A stretch of 49,650 nt of DNA. Source: Bigelowiella natans CCMP2755. Lineage: Eukaryota; Protista; Cercozoa. Each line of letters begins with the position of its first letter. The first letter of the stretch is position 1. Under the pieces are notes generated by a model that did not search any database, was not told the origin of the DNA, and saw nothing but the letters and a program-made list of their open reading frames with translations. The translations under genes were made by a program, and so were the position numbers. Below are positions 10,775 through 22,909 of the stretch, in pieces. The stretch lies in the NCBI GenBank assembly GCA_000320545.1, contig ADNK01003142.1, positions 1-49,650 on the forward strand, read 5' to 3'.

Positions 10775-12213
10775 CTTGTTGAGTAATTACAAATATATAT
10801 ATATATATATATATATACATACCATCATCATCAAAAAATAGTATGCGTGATATAGACTACCTCGGCAAACATCGTCGCGCACAAATTCCCTCTCTTCATA
10901 ATGAGCGCTCGAGGTTTCTTCGCCGTCGCTATGGGCCTTCTCCTCACTCCTTCCCTCGATACGCACATCCGAGCATTGCATCCAAACCTGCTTTGTTTGC
11001 TCCGCATCCCACCGCCAACTTAGCACATAGTCGCCGCTCTCAAGGCCTTCGGGGATCTTCACCTGGAAAAGGAGGGGGGGGGCAGAAGAAGAAGGGCAAC
11101 TTTCACTTCCCTGGTTTTTACTGACTATCCCTTGCGGACGTCTCCCGCTCCGCTATCGCCCATTTCCACGCATCGCGCTGCGGCGCTTCATACCTTATCC
11201 ACGATGTTAAATGCAAAGGGTCCGCGGCCAAACGCCCCATCTAGCTTCGGTATGTGCGCGCGCGTGTACTCCTCCATCGGCACCGGATTCACTGTCAAAC
11301 GGTGGTCATCATCCGGGGGGGGCGATGTCAGGACATTCCGAACGGCGCTATCTATCTATCACAATCACGCCGCAGCAGCCGGTTACCTGTCCATTGCGAT
11401 CCAGGAGGCCACGTTCCCTTGGAGACTCGAGCTGCTCGGAACCGCGTGATCTCGCCGCCGGAGGTGTTGGTGACGCGCGTGGTCGCATCTGCAAATTCGA
11501 GGTGGTTCGCTTGGAAGCACGCCTCGGTGGGGAGGGCGTTGGCCGAAGCGCTCTTCTTGCAGAGCCGGTATGCGTATCCGCCCCCATGATTAGCGATGAC
11601 TGACCAAGAGACCTCCTGCGGTGTAAAAGCGGCGCGTCAGGGCGAGGGGGGGGGGGGGGGGGGGAGCTCTGTGATCATGCTCGTGTTGCACATGCAAATC
11701 CCCACCTGCTCGCTGCCCGCCTTCCACGTTTCCTGTGTTGTAGAAGGAAGCTCGCGCATGTCTCTCCCATTCGAACGCCAGCCCCCCGAATACACGCCGC
11801 AGGGGGAGGCTACCTCAGCTGTACCAGGCGCGCACCAAGGCACCTTTTGCTCGCACGGCCAATCCGTTTGGTTCCGGCACGATGACCCCAGTGTGCGAAG
11901 GATCGGGTCGCACATCGTAGTCTTCTGTCCTGGCGGGGTGGTCTTATCTTGGTTATACCACTGGCACGCAGCCATGGGACACGTTCCGGCAAATCTTTGT
12001 CCGTTCGAGTCGCCTCCTTTCGGAAATACAAAAGGGTTGGAATAAAAATAAAAATGGCCGATTCACGCACTTTTCTTTATCGTGTTAGAGAGCGCGACCT
12101 AGTCCAGTCGTTGCGAGGGACAACGCACGCGAACGCGGCTTCGTAAGGATTCCATGCGAGTTCGCGAGGAGGGGGAGAAGACTCGCAAACGCCAGTGTTG
12201 AAGGTGCGCGCAT
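9361..12213 (-). CDS. Secreted lytic polysaccharide monooxygenase-like protein (His-brace, algal AA15-like/chitin-binding type-4) fused to a C-terminal LRRNT+LRR module
   Basis: ATG at 12213 gives MRAPSTLAFASLLPLLANS-HGILTKPRSR (signal peptide then His1). Later motifs: PWCAPGTAEVASPCG, WSVIANHGGGYAYRLC, GSQWTVNPVP, VKIPEGLESGDYVLSWRWDAEQTKQVWMQCSDVRI. A phase-1 intron (10402-10860) joins DDVCR-G to SSLGLDVGDCDAWVALYDALGGESW, then ITGNLPKAIEKFSALVALSI, MEKLTKLTALELHHSSFSGELP and CTLADNEFDCPLPEGAEICGAVCI* (stop 9361-9363). Confidence 0.85.
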
Positions 12214-12613
12214 CGACTTTTCCAAAGAAGAATAATTTGTAAAAGGTGAATTAGCTTGTGACGGTAGCTATATTCTGGTCAGGGACCAGGCTAACGCGAA
12301 CTGGCACAGTTGGATGAGGGGGGGGGAGATATGCCTTACCGGTATCCAATGTTACGAATTATGGAAAAATATTAGGGAAAAAGAGGAAATATTATTGTCG
12401 CACATAACAAATACACTTCGTTCAAGATCTATTTTCGGAAAACCGGATTTTGCCGCTTTTTTAGAAATAAAATTGTATTAATTTGTGCGACAACAATATT
12501 TTCTTGTCGCAGTGGAATATCATAAACAGATCATCTCCCCCAGCATGGCCGATCATCGAGGCTACTCCGTCCACGCTTCGTATAGATAGGGGGACGGGGG
12601 GCGGAGAAACGGC

Positions 12614-14357
12614 GATGGGATCAATTGCGCATCTTCGCCGTGTTGGGCTTATGCTTGTGCTTCCCCTGCTGGCGATACTCTACCGTTTTGCCTCGTACGA
12701 ATCTCCACCCGCCCTGTCGTCGATGTAGCAGCTCGCCGTCTGACCCCGGAAGCTACGGGTAACTCGGGGCTACTTCTGCGCAAAATTCATCACACGGATA
12801 GCGTGCCTGTGCATTGGTTGTCGAGAGGGAGAATGACTTTTTGCGGTGTTTGTGTAGGAATGCCTGAAGTCGTCGAGTTCCCAGAGGACGATCCGGAGAG
12901 CGAGCTGCACGATAACGATCACGCCATTGTGTGGGTGCTGCATAATCGGACCTACTTCGACGGCGCAGGGTTGCAAGTATCGAGGTTAGACACGCGTCTT
13001 TGTATAACTGCGCCATTTGTTGATTCCCCCCATCTCCCCCCCCCCCCCCCCTGACTTCTCGGTTCAACTGACGTGCCCGTGATTACCCAAGGCCTGTTGG
13101 CAGCCATCTGGTATATGAAGACTTCGAGTCTCATTCCTGGGTATTGACGGTCGCCTTCAAAACATCGCAGGTTGCGTTAGCGATGCTGTGGTTAGTGCTA
13201 CTAGAATGACAAAACTGCACGGCGCTGTGCAGGCCCCAACCCTTTCCGAATACGAGTCGTGGAGCCAGAAATCTGATGCTCTGCATTCATGAACGCACGA
13301 TGGCCTTTTAATCCCACGCGTGATACTGTACGTTAGGCGGGGCCTCTCTTTGCGATTCGGAGCTCGTCCTCCCCCTCCCCCTCCTCCTCCTCCGCCGTTC
13401 AATGGCGCCTTTTCTCGTGCCTCCTGGTCTCTTATGGTCACGTGGCTTTGGTGGAGAACGGCCAAACCAGGATAAACTCAACGCATGGCCAGCTCAATGA
13501 GGAACAGTGGCACATGGGGGTATTGCTGTATAATCACAAGGAGGACCCGCACGGAAAGGCAGGGACGAGGGGGGGGGGGGGGCTTACCTCTCGGAGCTTC
13601 CGTTTATTCATTGATGGGGAAGAGGTGCTTTCTACAATACTTTCTCGCATGCATGAAAAAGCGCATCGGCGCTAGAAATCATACTGACTCGTGTGCACCT
13701 GCTCTCTGGTTTCGCCACTTCCCCCGCCCGCCAGGACGCGAAAGCTGTGTTGCCTCCTCTGGGCGGAGGGGGGGGGGCGACCTCCTCCAGGAACGCGACG
13801 ACGAGTGAAGAGGCCTCTTCTCTGGTTTTTACTGCTGGATACGCATCGAATACCTTTCCTAAGTTCCAACATGTGAAAAGGAGAGAAGTTCTCCTGACAA
13901 TCGTCAGTCGCACGTGAGCTGAGCATTCTCCCTCCCCCCTCCCCTTTCACACTCCGACGGTCCTTTTGCCGTTGTTTTATAGAGAGGCAGCCTCTCGCTT
14001 ATGATATATATAAGTATACAAATACAATATTAGTATTATATTTATATAATATTTATATAATATTTATATAATATTTATACAATATGTTACATATTGTTAA
14101 TAAAATATTTATATAATATTTTGTATATCACTTATATAATAATATTTATATGTTTTTATATCCGTGCGTGTGTGTTTGCGTGTGTACGTGTGTGTGTGTG
14201 TGTGCGTGCAACCAAAATACAGTCATCAACCCAAAAAAAAAACACACACACAGTAACACATCATCATCATCACAAACGCTCCGACCGAACCCATCCTTCG
14301 TCATCACCGCCACCACCGCCACCCAGCACCATCATCAATCATCATTATCAGCAGCAC

Positions 14358-14390
<33 letters not shown>

Positions 14391-17300
14391 AAATCGCAAT
14401 CATCACCACCGCCACTAGATATTTCTATGGAATCTTGGACCACGTCTCTCTCGCGCTCTCGGATTCCCTCCCGGCGCCATCTGACGTCCTCCACAGCACA
14501 ACCGGCACCCTCGCCTACATCAAAGAAACCTTCACCCCGCCTTCTAACACGGTGTCTTCAAGAATAACCCTGAACCAGCCCGACTCTACAAGCCATCGTC
14601 ATATCAACGACGAGGGTAGGGAGGGGGGGGGCGTGGCAAGGCCTACGCGGCGAAACCAATCGTTCGTGCTGCTGCTCATTGGTAACTTGCGGACATTCGG
14701 GTCTAACCTCCCAACAATATCAAGCCTCTTCACCTGCGCTGTACGAGACGCTCGCCTCGTAACCGTCGTGTCCACGCCAACGTATTCCCAGCATACAGAC
14801 CGCGCATGGTACATGGAGAAGGCGGAGGGGAGGCTCGCCGGCGAGGGCGCTGATGACGACAGCACGGAGGGCGAGGCGGCAAAAGGGGGGGGGAAGCAGC
14901 AGCAGCGTGACTACGAGCCTGCAATTCCTCCCAGCGACGGCGTAATACGTGCCATCCTCAGGCGCGATGCAAAGCACATCGAGCACCCTTTTTCTGCGGT
15001 ACCCTAGTCCTTCCTTTCTTCCACGCATTTCAGAGAAGGCATACGGGAAGGGGAAAGGGGGGGGGGGGGGGAGAGGCGTGTAGGTGTGTTTCGATAACGA
15101 ATCGCTATAATATCCGTGAATACTATGGCGAGATAGCAAAGCGTTATGGCCTTGAAGTAAGTGCGGCATCGTTACTGACAATCGATGGCGGTTGCAGATG
15201 CTGCTGCTCCTTTTACTTATTTCTTTGACGAGTCTCTTTGTTGTTTGGCACGTGAGTCATTTTATGAACGAGCCTTGAAAAGAACTCCCTCAAACCACGT
15301 TGACCTTCCTCTTTTTGAATGCCGCGTTTCGGCTGTTCTCTCTTTTGCTGTGTGTGTGGTGAAGGTGATAATACCCGACGCCGAGTTCCACGCTTTCTTG
15401 CCGGTTGATCTATGGTCAAAGCCTCTTGATACAGACGATGATAAGGCGAAGTACTTCAGTAAATTGACGTACAACAAGATTCTGTACCTCTCCAAGGCGC
15501 TTGAAGAGGCCGAATCAGCTCATAAAAAAGCCTATGGCGGGCAAGAGGTACAACCGATTTTCGAGATCGTAACTGCTTCAGTGATAGCCATGGCGGTTGG
15601 TGGATTGTGCGTTTTGCACGCGGTGATGATGCACGTCGTGTTTCCCTGCTTAACATCGGCTGAGTAGCCGTCGAGATCTAAATGTCAATTCACGTCGCGA
15701 ATCCTGCATTTTGAAATGAAACTTCTGTACATTCGCGGAAGGGAACACGCCCGTCTCCTCTGCATCCTCGCCTCTCATGATCCTCCCACTAGTATACTCG
15801 ATTGTTCTTCCGAAAGCTTCTCATCGTCGCGTGGTGATTTGATTCATCAGCTTGGTGACACCGATCTAGTGTTTGTCGCTCGGCCGGATATGAGGCCGGC
15901 CAAAGCCCCGCAGGGGTTGGCGGTCGTTGCGGAAGCTCTCAGGCAAAATCCGCTCAGGGCGTTTGTCCAGTTTCATCCTGTCTGGGGTAATAGCGGCTTG
16001 CGGGTTTTGCTATGAAGCGTGGTTTAGACAGAAGTAGAAATAGGCTTTTTTTCATTCTCCGCGCACGAGCCGCGAGACTCGTAGAAAATGCAGTTTTGGG
16101 GGAGGCGGTTTGGTGCTGGGGAGGCAGGTGTGCGTCGCGCAGTGCCGGGGACTTGTGTTTGCTTATAATAACGCTTTTTCCCCTAAGAGCAGGGATAATA
16201 ATCGAGCTGCATTGTTATGTGTCACTAGATCCAGCTGCATCCGCGATTACTATCTAAATCTTAGACCAACAGTTTCGCTTGATTAGCACGAGTTTCGTCA
16301 GTTTTTCTCCGATTTAAATCAGTTTTCCTGCCTTCGACGTTGTAACGACTTTCTTCGCCCCTCCTTTTGCTGTTTGTGCTATACCTGCCCGGGGTTCTAG
16401 GCACCACCGACATGGTGTTTATCACGTCTATCTTCGCGCTGCGACGGATTGTAAACGTAAGTGCGGCAATCGCAGCAGACAATACTTCGCTAGAATCCGG
16501 AGATCTCACGATGTATTATCGCGAGCGACACGATGGTGATTCTCTTGTTTGCTGGTGGCGTTTCTGTCCTACATTTACCCGAATCTAGGTTGACTTGAGG
16601 TGTGCGTTCAAGACCGCGAATCAGGCGAATGCGAAGCCGTATCTTGGTACATTGCGCGCGAGAGTATGGCTGATGATATGAGGATACATGCGATCATAGA
16701 TTCTATGCAGAGAAGGGAAACAGATGAATGTGTTTCTATTTTTTGCATATTCGTGTGTGTGTTTGTGTGTGTGTGTGTGTGTGTGGATGGATGTGCGTGT
16801 GCGCATGTGCGTGTGTGCCGGCTTTGGAAATTGAGCGTGTGTGCTCATGAGGTACTACTGGAGATATGGAATACGCACCGATAGGAATTTCCACTACTAA
16901 GACAGCCAATTATAGATAAACTCATGTACCAATGGTTGTCTTCGTCAATGCACAGAAGATGTCATGGAACCAGAGCTTCAGCTGATTTACCTCCTACGGC
17001 TTTTATGCATCGATCTCATATACGACTCACACCCGGAGGAGCTGCTTGAATGGGACAAGATCACGCATGAGTACGAGTCATGCCAAAGCAGGGGGGGGGG
17101 GGAGGGGGAGAAGGGGGGAGGAAGTGACTAACACCGACTTTATAGATCTAGCACCAGCTTCTTGGAAAAACTAACAATAGAACTTTCAGTCTTGATGAAG
17201 AACTCGCTCGCATGCGCGTGCCCTCCCCCAACCGTGTTGACTCCAATTTCCTAACAGAAACGACGAGATACTAGAGGGGCTCAAATCTGCATGGAACGAG

Positions 17301-17594
17301 CAGTGTAATGCGAAGTCTGCCAAAGAGGACTTTGAGGAAGCTGGGCGGATTCGCGAACAAGCCAGCGAAGCCGCTCAATCCCGCACGTTCCCAGAATGGG
17401 TGTTCAAACGGCCATTCCGGACGTTTGAGGACTTCAAGAGCTATGGAGGTTATGCACCGACAGATGGGGAAAAACATAGGAGAACGTTTGAGCGCCCGCT
17501 TTTATTGAAAACCGAAGCGGAGTTACGAGAGAGGGGAGATGTTGATATCGATGTGTATATTAAAGCCTCGTTGTTGTTTAGCTTCATATATTAG
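12614..17594 (+). CDS. Type II membrane protein with a ConA-like/LamG domain followed by a putative glycosyltransferase-like domain
   Basis: N-terminal anchor MGSIAHLRRVGLMLVLPLLAILYRF. LamG-like motifs QWHMGVLLYNH, SFRLFIDGEE, VFTAGY and YFYGILDHVSL (phase-2 splice into the exon at ~14420). Then VLLLIGNLRTF, DLVFVARPD and LYLPGVLGTTDMVFI. Last coding exon ~17277-17594. The exon chain is only partly verified. Confidence 0.6.
14258..14405. repeat. (CAT)n/(CAC)n trinucleotide tract inside an intron
   Basis: catcatcatcat... runs explain the poly-His and poly-Ser ORFs. Confidence 0.85.
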
Positions 17595-18848
17595 CGGTGT
17601 TTGTAGCAAGTTGCATGCATAAATGCATGTGTCCTCGGCTTCGATGGATGAGCAGGAAGATAGAAATAGAAAGCGAGGTTAGTTAGTGATGCTGACGACC
17701 TTGAATTGGTTTGCTGTTCGTTGTTGTGCTGCGCGCAAACGGCGGAGTTCAGGTACAGACTGGGGAAAGAAGGTTTTCGATCAGCTTGGCCATCGGTACT
17801 ATTTCTAACTCTGCTGTGCGTGTTGGGCATGTTGTGAAAGAAAGATGTGATTGAATATAAAATTTTTATCATAAGGTTCTGCCCGCTAGAACAGACGAAG
17901 GCTGGAAACCGGTCATACGTTCCTAGTTGTTCGCGCATATAGCGTGCCCAAGTTTTAGTTTGATGTTGATTCATATGGATAACAATACCATGTTGCATTG
18001 GTCTATAGCAGCACATCCACAATGCGATAGTCTGTCGCCACAGGCAGAGGAGTGCATTGTCCATGGATGAGCATGCTGCACTATCGGAACATGCAAATTG
18101 CGCGGAAATATAGAGAAAAATGTGGCGCACGCGCGGTTTTTGTGTGAATTTTACCTACGCATAATATGCCAGTAAATGCCAGTAAATTGTTCGCAAATCG
18201 TAAACGTTCTAATTGCAATAACGATCGATTTTTGCTTATGCCACTGTGCACTTTCAATGCACATGCGCATGTCTAGATGTCTACATGTGCCGAAATGCAA
18301 GTGCGATCCCAAAATGGCAATGATGAGTTTTTGACAACACGCATGAAGCGCACTTAGAATAGCTCTGTCACAATGGTCGTTTAGAGTAGCATTCATGGAA
18401 GCTTTGCTGCCAATGTCATTTAAGAAGCAATCGTCCTGACAACTGTCTAGCTGTGGCGGGAAGCTGAAGTTGAACATGAATGAACGTCGTGTGCTGTAGT
18501 GTGCGCATACATGCTATCATGCTCACAAATGAAAACGTCGCGTTTGATGGTCACATTTTTATGCGTAATGCATGCACACGTGTTTGTTTAGACGTGTTAT
18601 GACTGTTGGCCACATTGGAATCATTCGTCAACCTCGCTGCGTCGCAATTGTAATAATCAATTACATTACTCACAAATTTACAAAAATATAGCAGAACTCA
18701 GCTTGAGTTCGACATTCGTTAATAACGGCGACAATAAAGGCATGCGACGACGAACACGAACTTATAGTTATACCTAAGAAATTTACTCATTTCCAAAATC
18801 CTATTAAGTCTAGAAGTTTCAGCTGATGCCATCATATACGCGTGTGCC

Positions 18849-20840
18849 TCAAGAACTGTACATTATGCGGTTTTTTAGCTTCATCGCTTGGCAGATGACG
18901 TCCGGATCTTCGCGTATCACTGGAGGGGCGCGTTCCAGCACACTCGTAAGCAACCTTGAGCTCCCGCCAGGAGATTTATGTAAGATCTCTACATGTTTCG
19001 GATACGATTCTAAGATGTTTGTGATTGCGCGAAGGCCGGAGAATACAACAGCACCATCTATCGAACGTCCGCTTGATATTTCTTCCAATATGGCAGCGAT
19101 TGTATGCGGCAGCAGCTCTTTACCCAGCACGCAAGCCGTCTCACGATTTTTGCGCGTTAATGACGCAATTGCTTCAAAGGCTGCGTGCACCTGGCGTCGT
19201 TGGTGATACGGCTCGCTTATAGATGGTACAAAAACCGAGCCTTTGTACTTTCCCTCTGTCTGGTCGTTTGCTCTTGCGCAAAGAGCGACCTTGAGAAACA
19301 CGGCCGCATTTCCAAGAGCGCAAATCCGCTCCTGTAGAGGCTTGTCCGCATTGGCCAGAATGGCCCACAATCGAAACACTGTGCAGCACCTGGGAAATAC
19401 ACACAATTCCGTATCTGCTCAGAAAAGCGGATTGTAGAGAACGTACATCTCTACTTTCTTTCATACATCCCTGAAAATACCATCTCCTCCATGTACCCTT
19501 AGATGCGACTACTCATGCAAATCACTTTACATAACTGTTCTTTCAATAACTGCTCTTTCAACTATCACATACGGATCGACCAGTATTCCGGACAATCTAT
19601 GGCAGTTGACCGCACCTTCCAACGTCCAAACCATGCTTAAACTCCGTATGCGTCCCCCTCCCCTCATTGCGCCTTTCGCCGACCTCACCACCGTCGCGCC
19701 GGCGATAACTGCTTCCAAATACAAGATAATCGGAGAGCGTTTCGATCTGCTCACGACTCCCAAAGGCCTCTTCCTCAACGTGCTCATTCATCCCAGAATG
19801 CACCCTGTTTCTCCCTTGAGAGCCTCTTCTGCTTTCATTTTGCCCCTCATCAAGGCTTTGCGCACCCACGCCTTCAGCTTGCAAAAGAGCCAAACTTGCT
19901 TCGAACGCGCGAGTTAGCAGCTTCGAGGGAGCCGCCGCAGCTGCCTTTGCCAGCAGCACCGTTGTGTAAAGCATTCTGATACCGTCATTCGGTACAAAGG
20001 GAAATCTGATAAAAGCACCGCGAAAACAGCGAAAGCGGTGAATACAAACGACGAGACTGGTGATCTTTTTGTTTATTCCATACAAATGTACGCAAGTGGA
20101 GGGAGGAGATTCAGACGTTGGACGATCAACGTGCATACATATCGTGACTGCACTACTAGGTCTAACAAATTTGCGTGTGTAGGATTGTTTGCGTGTACCT
20201 TTCAAGCTTTCCCCCCAACTGTTCTATTCTCCGCGGGGAAACAAAGGACGTTAGCAGCTTCTCCATCTTTTCTTCCTCCCTCCTCGCCGCGCGCCTATTC
20301 ACCTTGCTGTTGCGGCGCAGTTGAATGACGCCGCTTTTGATCACGTGGACGATGGGCGAGCTAACAAAGGGCTGCTTATTCGAGACAGAGGCTCGTTGTT
20401 TATTTTCAAGGATTTCTCTCTTGAAAATGCCAGGATATTTACTGCTTCCAACGCGTCCTGACGAGTGGAGATATTCGTCCTCTACTCGGCGCAGCCTTGG
20501 CGATTCCACCGCCGTGAGCGCTACGTGGCAAATGGACAGCTCATTCCTTTCGTCAACCTCTCCCCCCTCCTCGACGGCCGTCGGGCTGGGGGTAAAGGAG
20601 AGGCCTGATTGGCGCGTTTTTGCGTCTTTGGCGCGGGTGACGTCCGCGACACGCCTTTTCGTTTCTCCAGCTTCGAGGTGTCAATTGAAAGCACGTATCC
20701 CATAAAAGAATCATATATTGTATTCGTCAGTCGTCTATTGCGATAATTGGAACAACAAAAATCAAAGACTAAGCTGTCCTACCCCCCTCCCCTTCGTCTT
20801 CTATTTGATAGAAGATGCTCACCGGTATTTTCTTCATTAT
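18849..20840 (-). CDS. Uncharacterised multi-exon protein with a probable helical (ARM/HEAT-like) C-terminal region; 5' end unresolved
   Basis: Last exon ORF 18849-19406 (LWAILANADKPLQERICALGNAAVFLKVAL...GLRAITNILESYPKHVEIL) is protein-like. A further open coding-like stretch lies at ~20350-20680. Confidence 0.45.
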
Positions 20841-21259
20841 TAACGATTGTGCATTGAAATCCAACTGCTCTAGCCGTGGCAACCACGCAGATATGAGAGC
20901 CGATGAAACGAAGATTTCTCCACTGTCTTATAGGCTTAGCCTGTCGTATACCATGCTAATTCAATCAACTAAAAGAATCCAAAGCGAGTGATAGCAAATA
21001 TATACTCGCGCGTGGAAGTGAATCATATATACAACTCCTATATACACTGAATATGTGACATTCGCGTGTCGATAGTATCTTCGTTGCTCTCTCCATCTAA
21101 CAACGACGCTGTAAAAATATTTATCGTGGGGGGGGGGGGGGGGGGGGGGGGGAGAGATTGGACCTGAGCATGTCCTTTCGATACTGACGCAACCTTCGCG
21201 GAGAAATTGATATAGAAGTGATAATGCACCCCCTCCTCAACCTGCGTATCTTCGAGGCC

Positions 21260-21672
21260 ATAAAACCCTAGTCTCTCGGCATGGGCAGCAGCGGCGACGT
21301 TCGCACGAGTAAGAAACCCGATTTTCACGAACGGCCTCCTTTGTGAAGCTCTCAATCTCTCCACGCACATGACCCATCGAATGATCCCACGTGCCCGAAC
21401 TGGCTTTGAACGAATCATCGATAAACGCAAAGTATCCAGGTGCCTCCAGGCAGAGGAATTCGCTTGCGAAGTGGAATCTCGAGTGGGGGGGTCCAAATCC
21501 CACGCATTACCTGGGTCCCCATGCTCTCCATCCCAGACAATTGTACTAGATAGTAAATGGGGAGGGGGAAGCGTTATGCAGGCATGTCTATTGATGAAAC
21601 GAGCACTCGAAAGCGACGAATTGCGGGGAATCTTCGTATCGATTCGTTGGTGAAAGATTGGAGAGAGAAGGG

Positions 21673-21709
<37 letters not shown>

Positions 21710-22113
21710 ACTAAAAAAAATATAAAAACGAAGCATTTGGAATCACAAACATCATCTTTTGACGTTGGCGAATTTGGCTACTATTTAAACTAAAACTAAA
21801 GAACAAAACAGAAAGATGGAAAAACGCTGCTTTACTACCGTTTCTCATGGTCTCTGGGGAAGCAAACGGCGCCGTTTCGAGAAGACTTTTCTTTACAATC
21901 GGCGAAGTGAATCTTGCTTTGATTTTTGGTCTGGTTCTTTCTATCTAAAGTCCCGCGACATAATTTGCCTGAGGATAGAGAGATTCGCTATTGAGAGGAT
22001 GCGAGGAGAGAATGGTGTTTTATCGTTTGCTGATATTCTTGAAGGCAGACTTATATATTTTCAAAAGATTGATGAATGGGTAACTAATTGTATCGCTTCC
22101 TAATTCAATATTC

Positions 22114-22163
<50 letters not shown>

Positions 22164-22571
22164 TCACACACTCGCTCCTTCTTCCCCCCCTCTCTTCGTC
22201 TTTCCATATTGATTAATCCAGGAGTCATTTTGTCCGAACTACCCGATGACTAATCAACGTGAATACGGCCTTTACACAACCAAAAACATCCTAACCCCAG
22301 CAAAACCCCGCATATATACATAACATAGAACACCACGTGCGTGTCCGCAACGCTCACGTTCAACTGCATTTTGCCTCTCCCCAGCCGCGGTCCCGCGCAA
22401 AAGCTTTATGGTCACATATCGCCCATACGCGCCGAAGAAGGACGGGACGAGCAGCTTGGCTTTACGGTTCAACCAAAGGCCGGATCGATGCTCTTTACTC
22501 TCGAAAAACGCGACAGGCGCGCTCTCATCTTGGACGCGAAAATGGCGGAAAAGCAACCCGCCATCTTCTGA
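21260..22571 (+). CDS. Probable uncharacterised multi-exon gene; strand and limits uncertain
   Basis: Open, exon-like stretches at 21260-21640, 21810-21906, 21950-22045 and 22340-22571 are separated by microsatellite-bearing intron-like DNA. 21038-21736 is also open on the minus strand, so the assignment is weak. Confidence 0.3.
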
Positions 22572-22909
22572 GAGGAAGGTTCTGCAGCTTGAGATCGGCT
22601 CATATTGAGGAGACGAAACGGTGTTAATACTATACTCGGATAACCTCGAGGCTTTTCCAAATTGAACATGCGCAAGCATAGGCACATAGTTGTCAAACGA
22701 CCGTCGCAGCAGTACGGGTAATATTGTAGTGACACTATATTTCTAAATTTTATGTGTTTGCGTGTTCTACATTGCGGATACCAAAAAAACTGGACATTAT
22801 ATCGACGAAGCATTGCTTTGCTACACACAAAAGAGCTTTACAGACCAATCCCCCATCCTTTGTTTCTTCTACTCCGAAGGTAGGCACTCACATACCTTTC
22901 ACGCTCATC

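Noticed and set aside
14094-14567. Poly-His ORF suggesting a metal-binding protein
   Set aside because: It comes from an intronic (CAT)n tract. The real exon starts at ~14420 in another frame.
20521-20703. MGYVLS start as a myristoylated N-terminus
   Set aside because: That frame closes after 60 codons, and the long coding-like frame is a different one.
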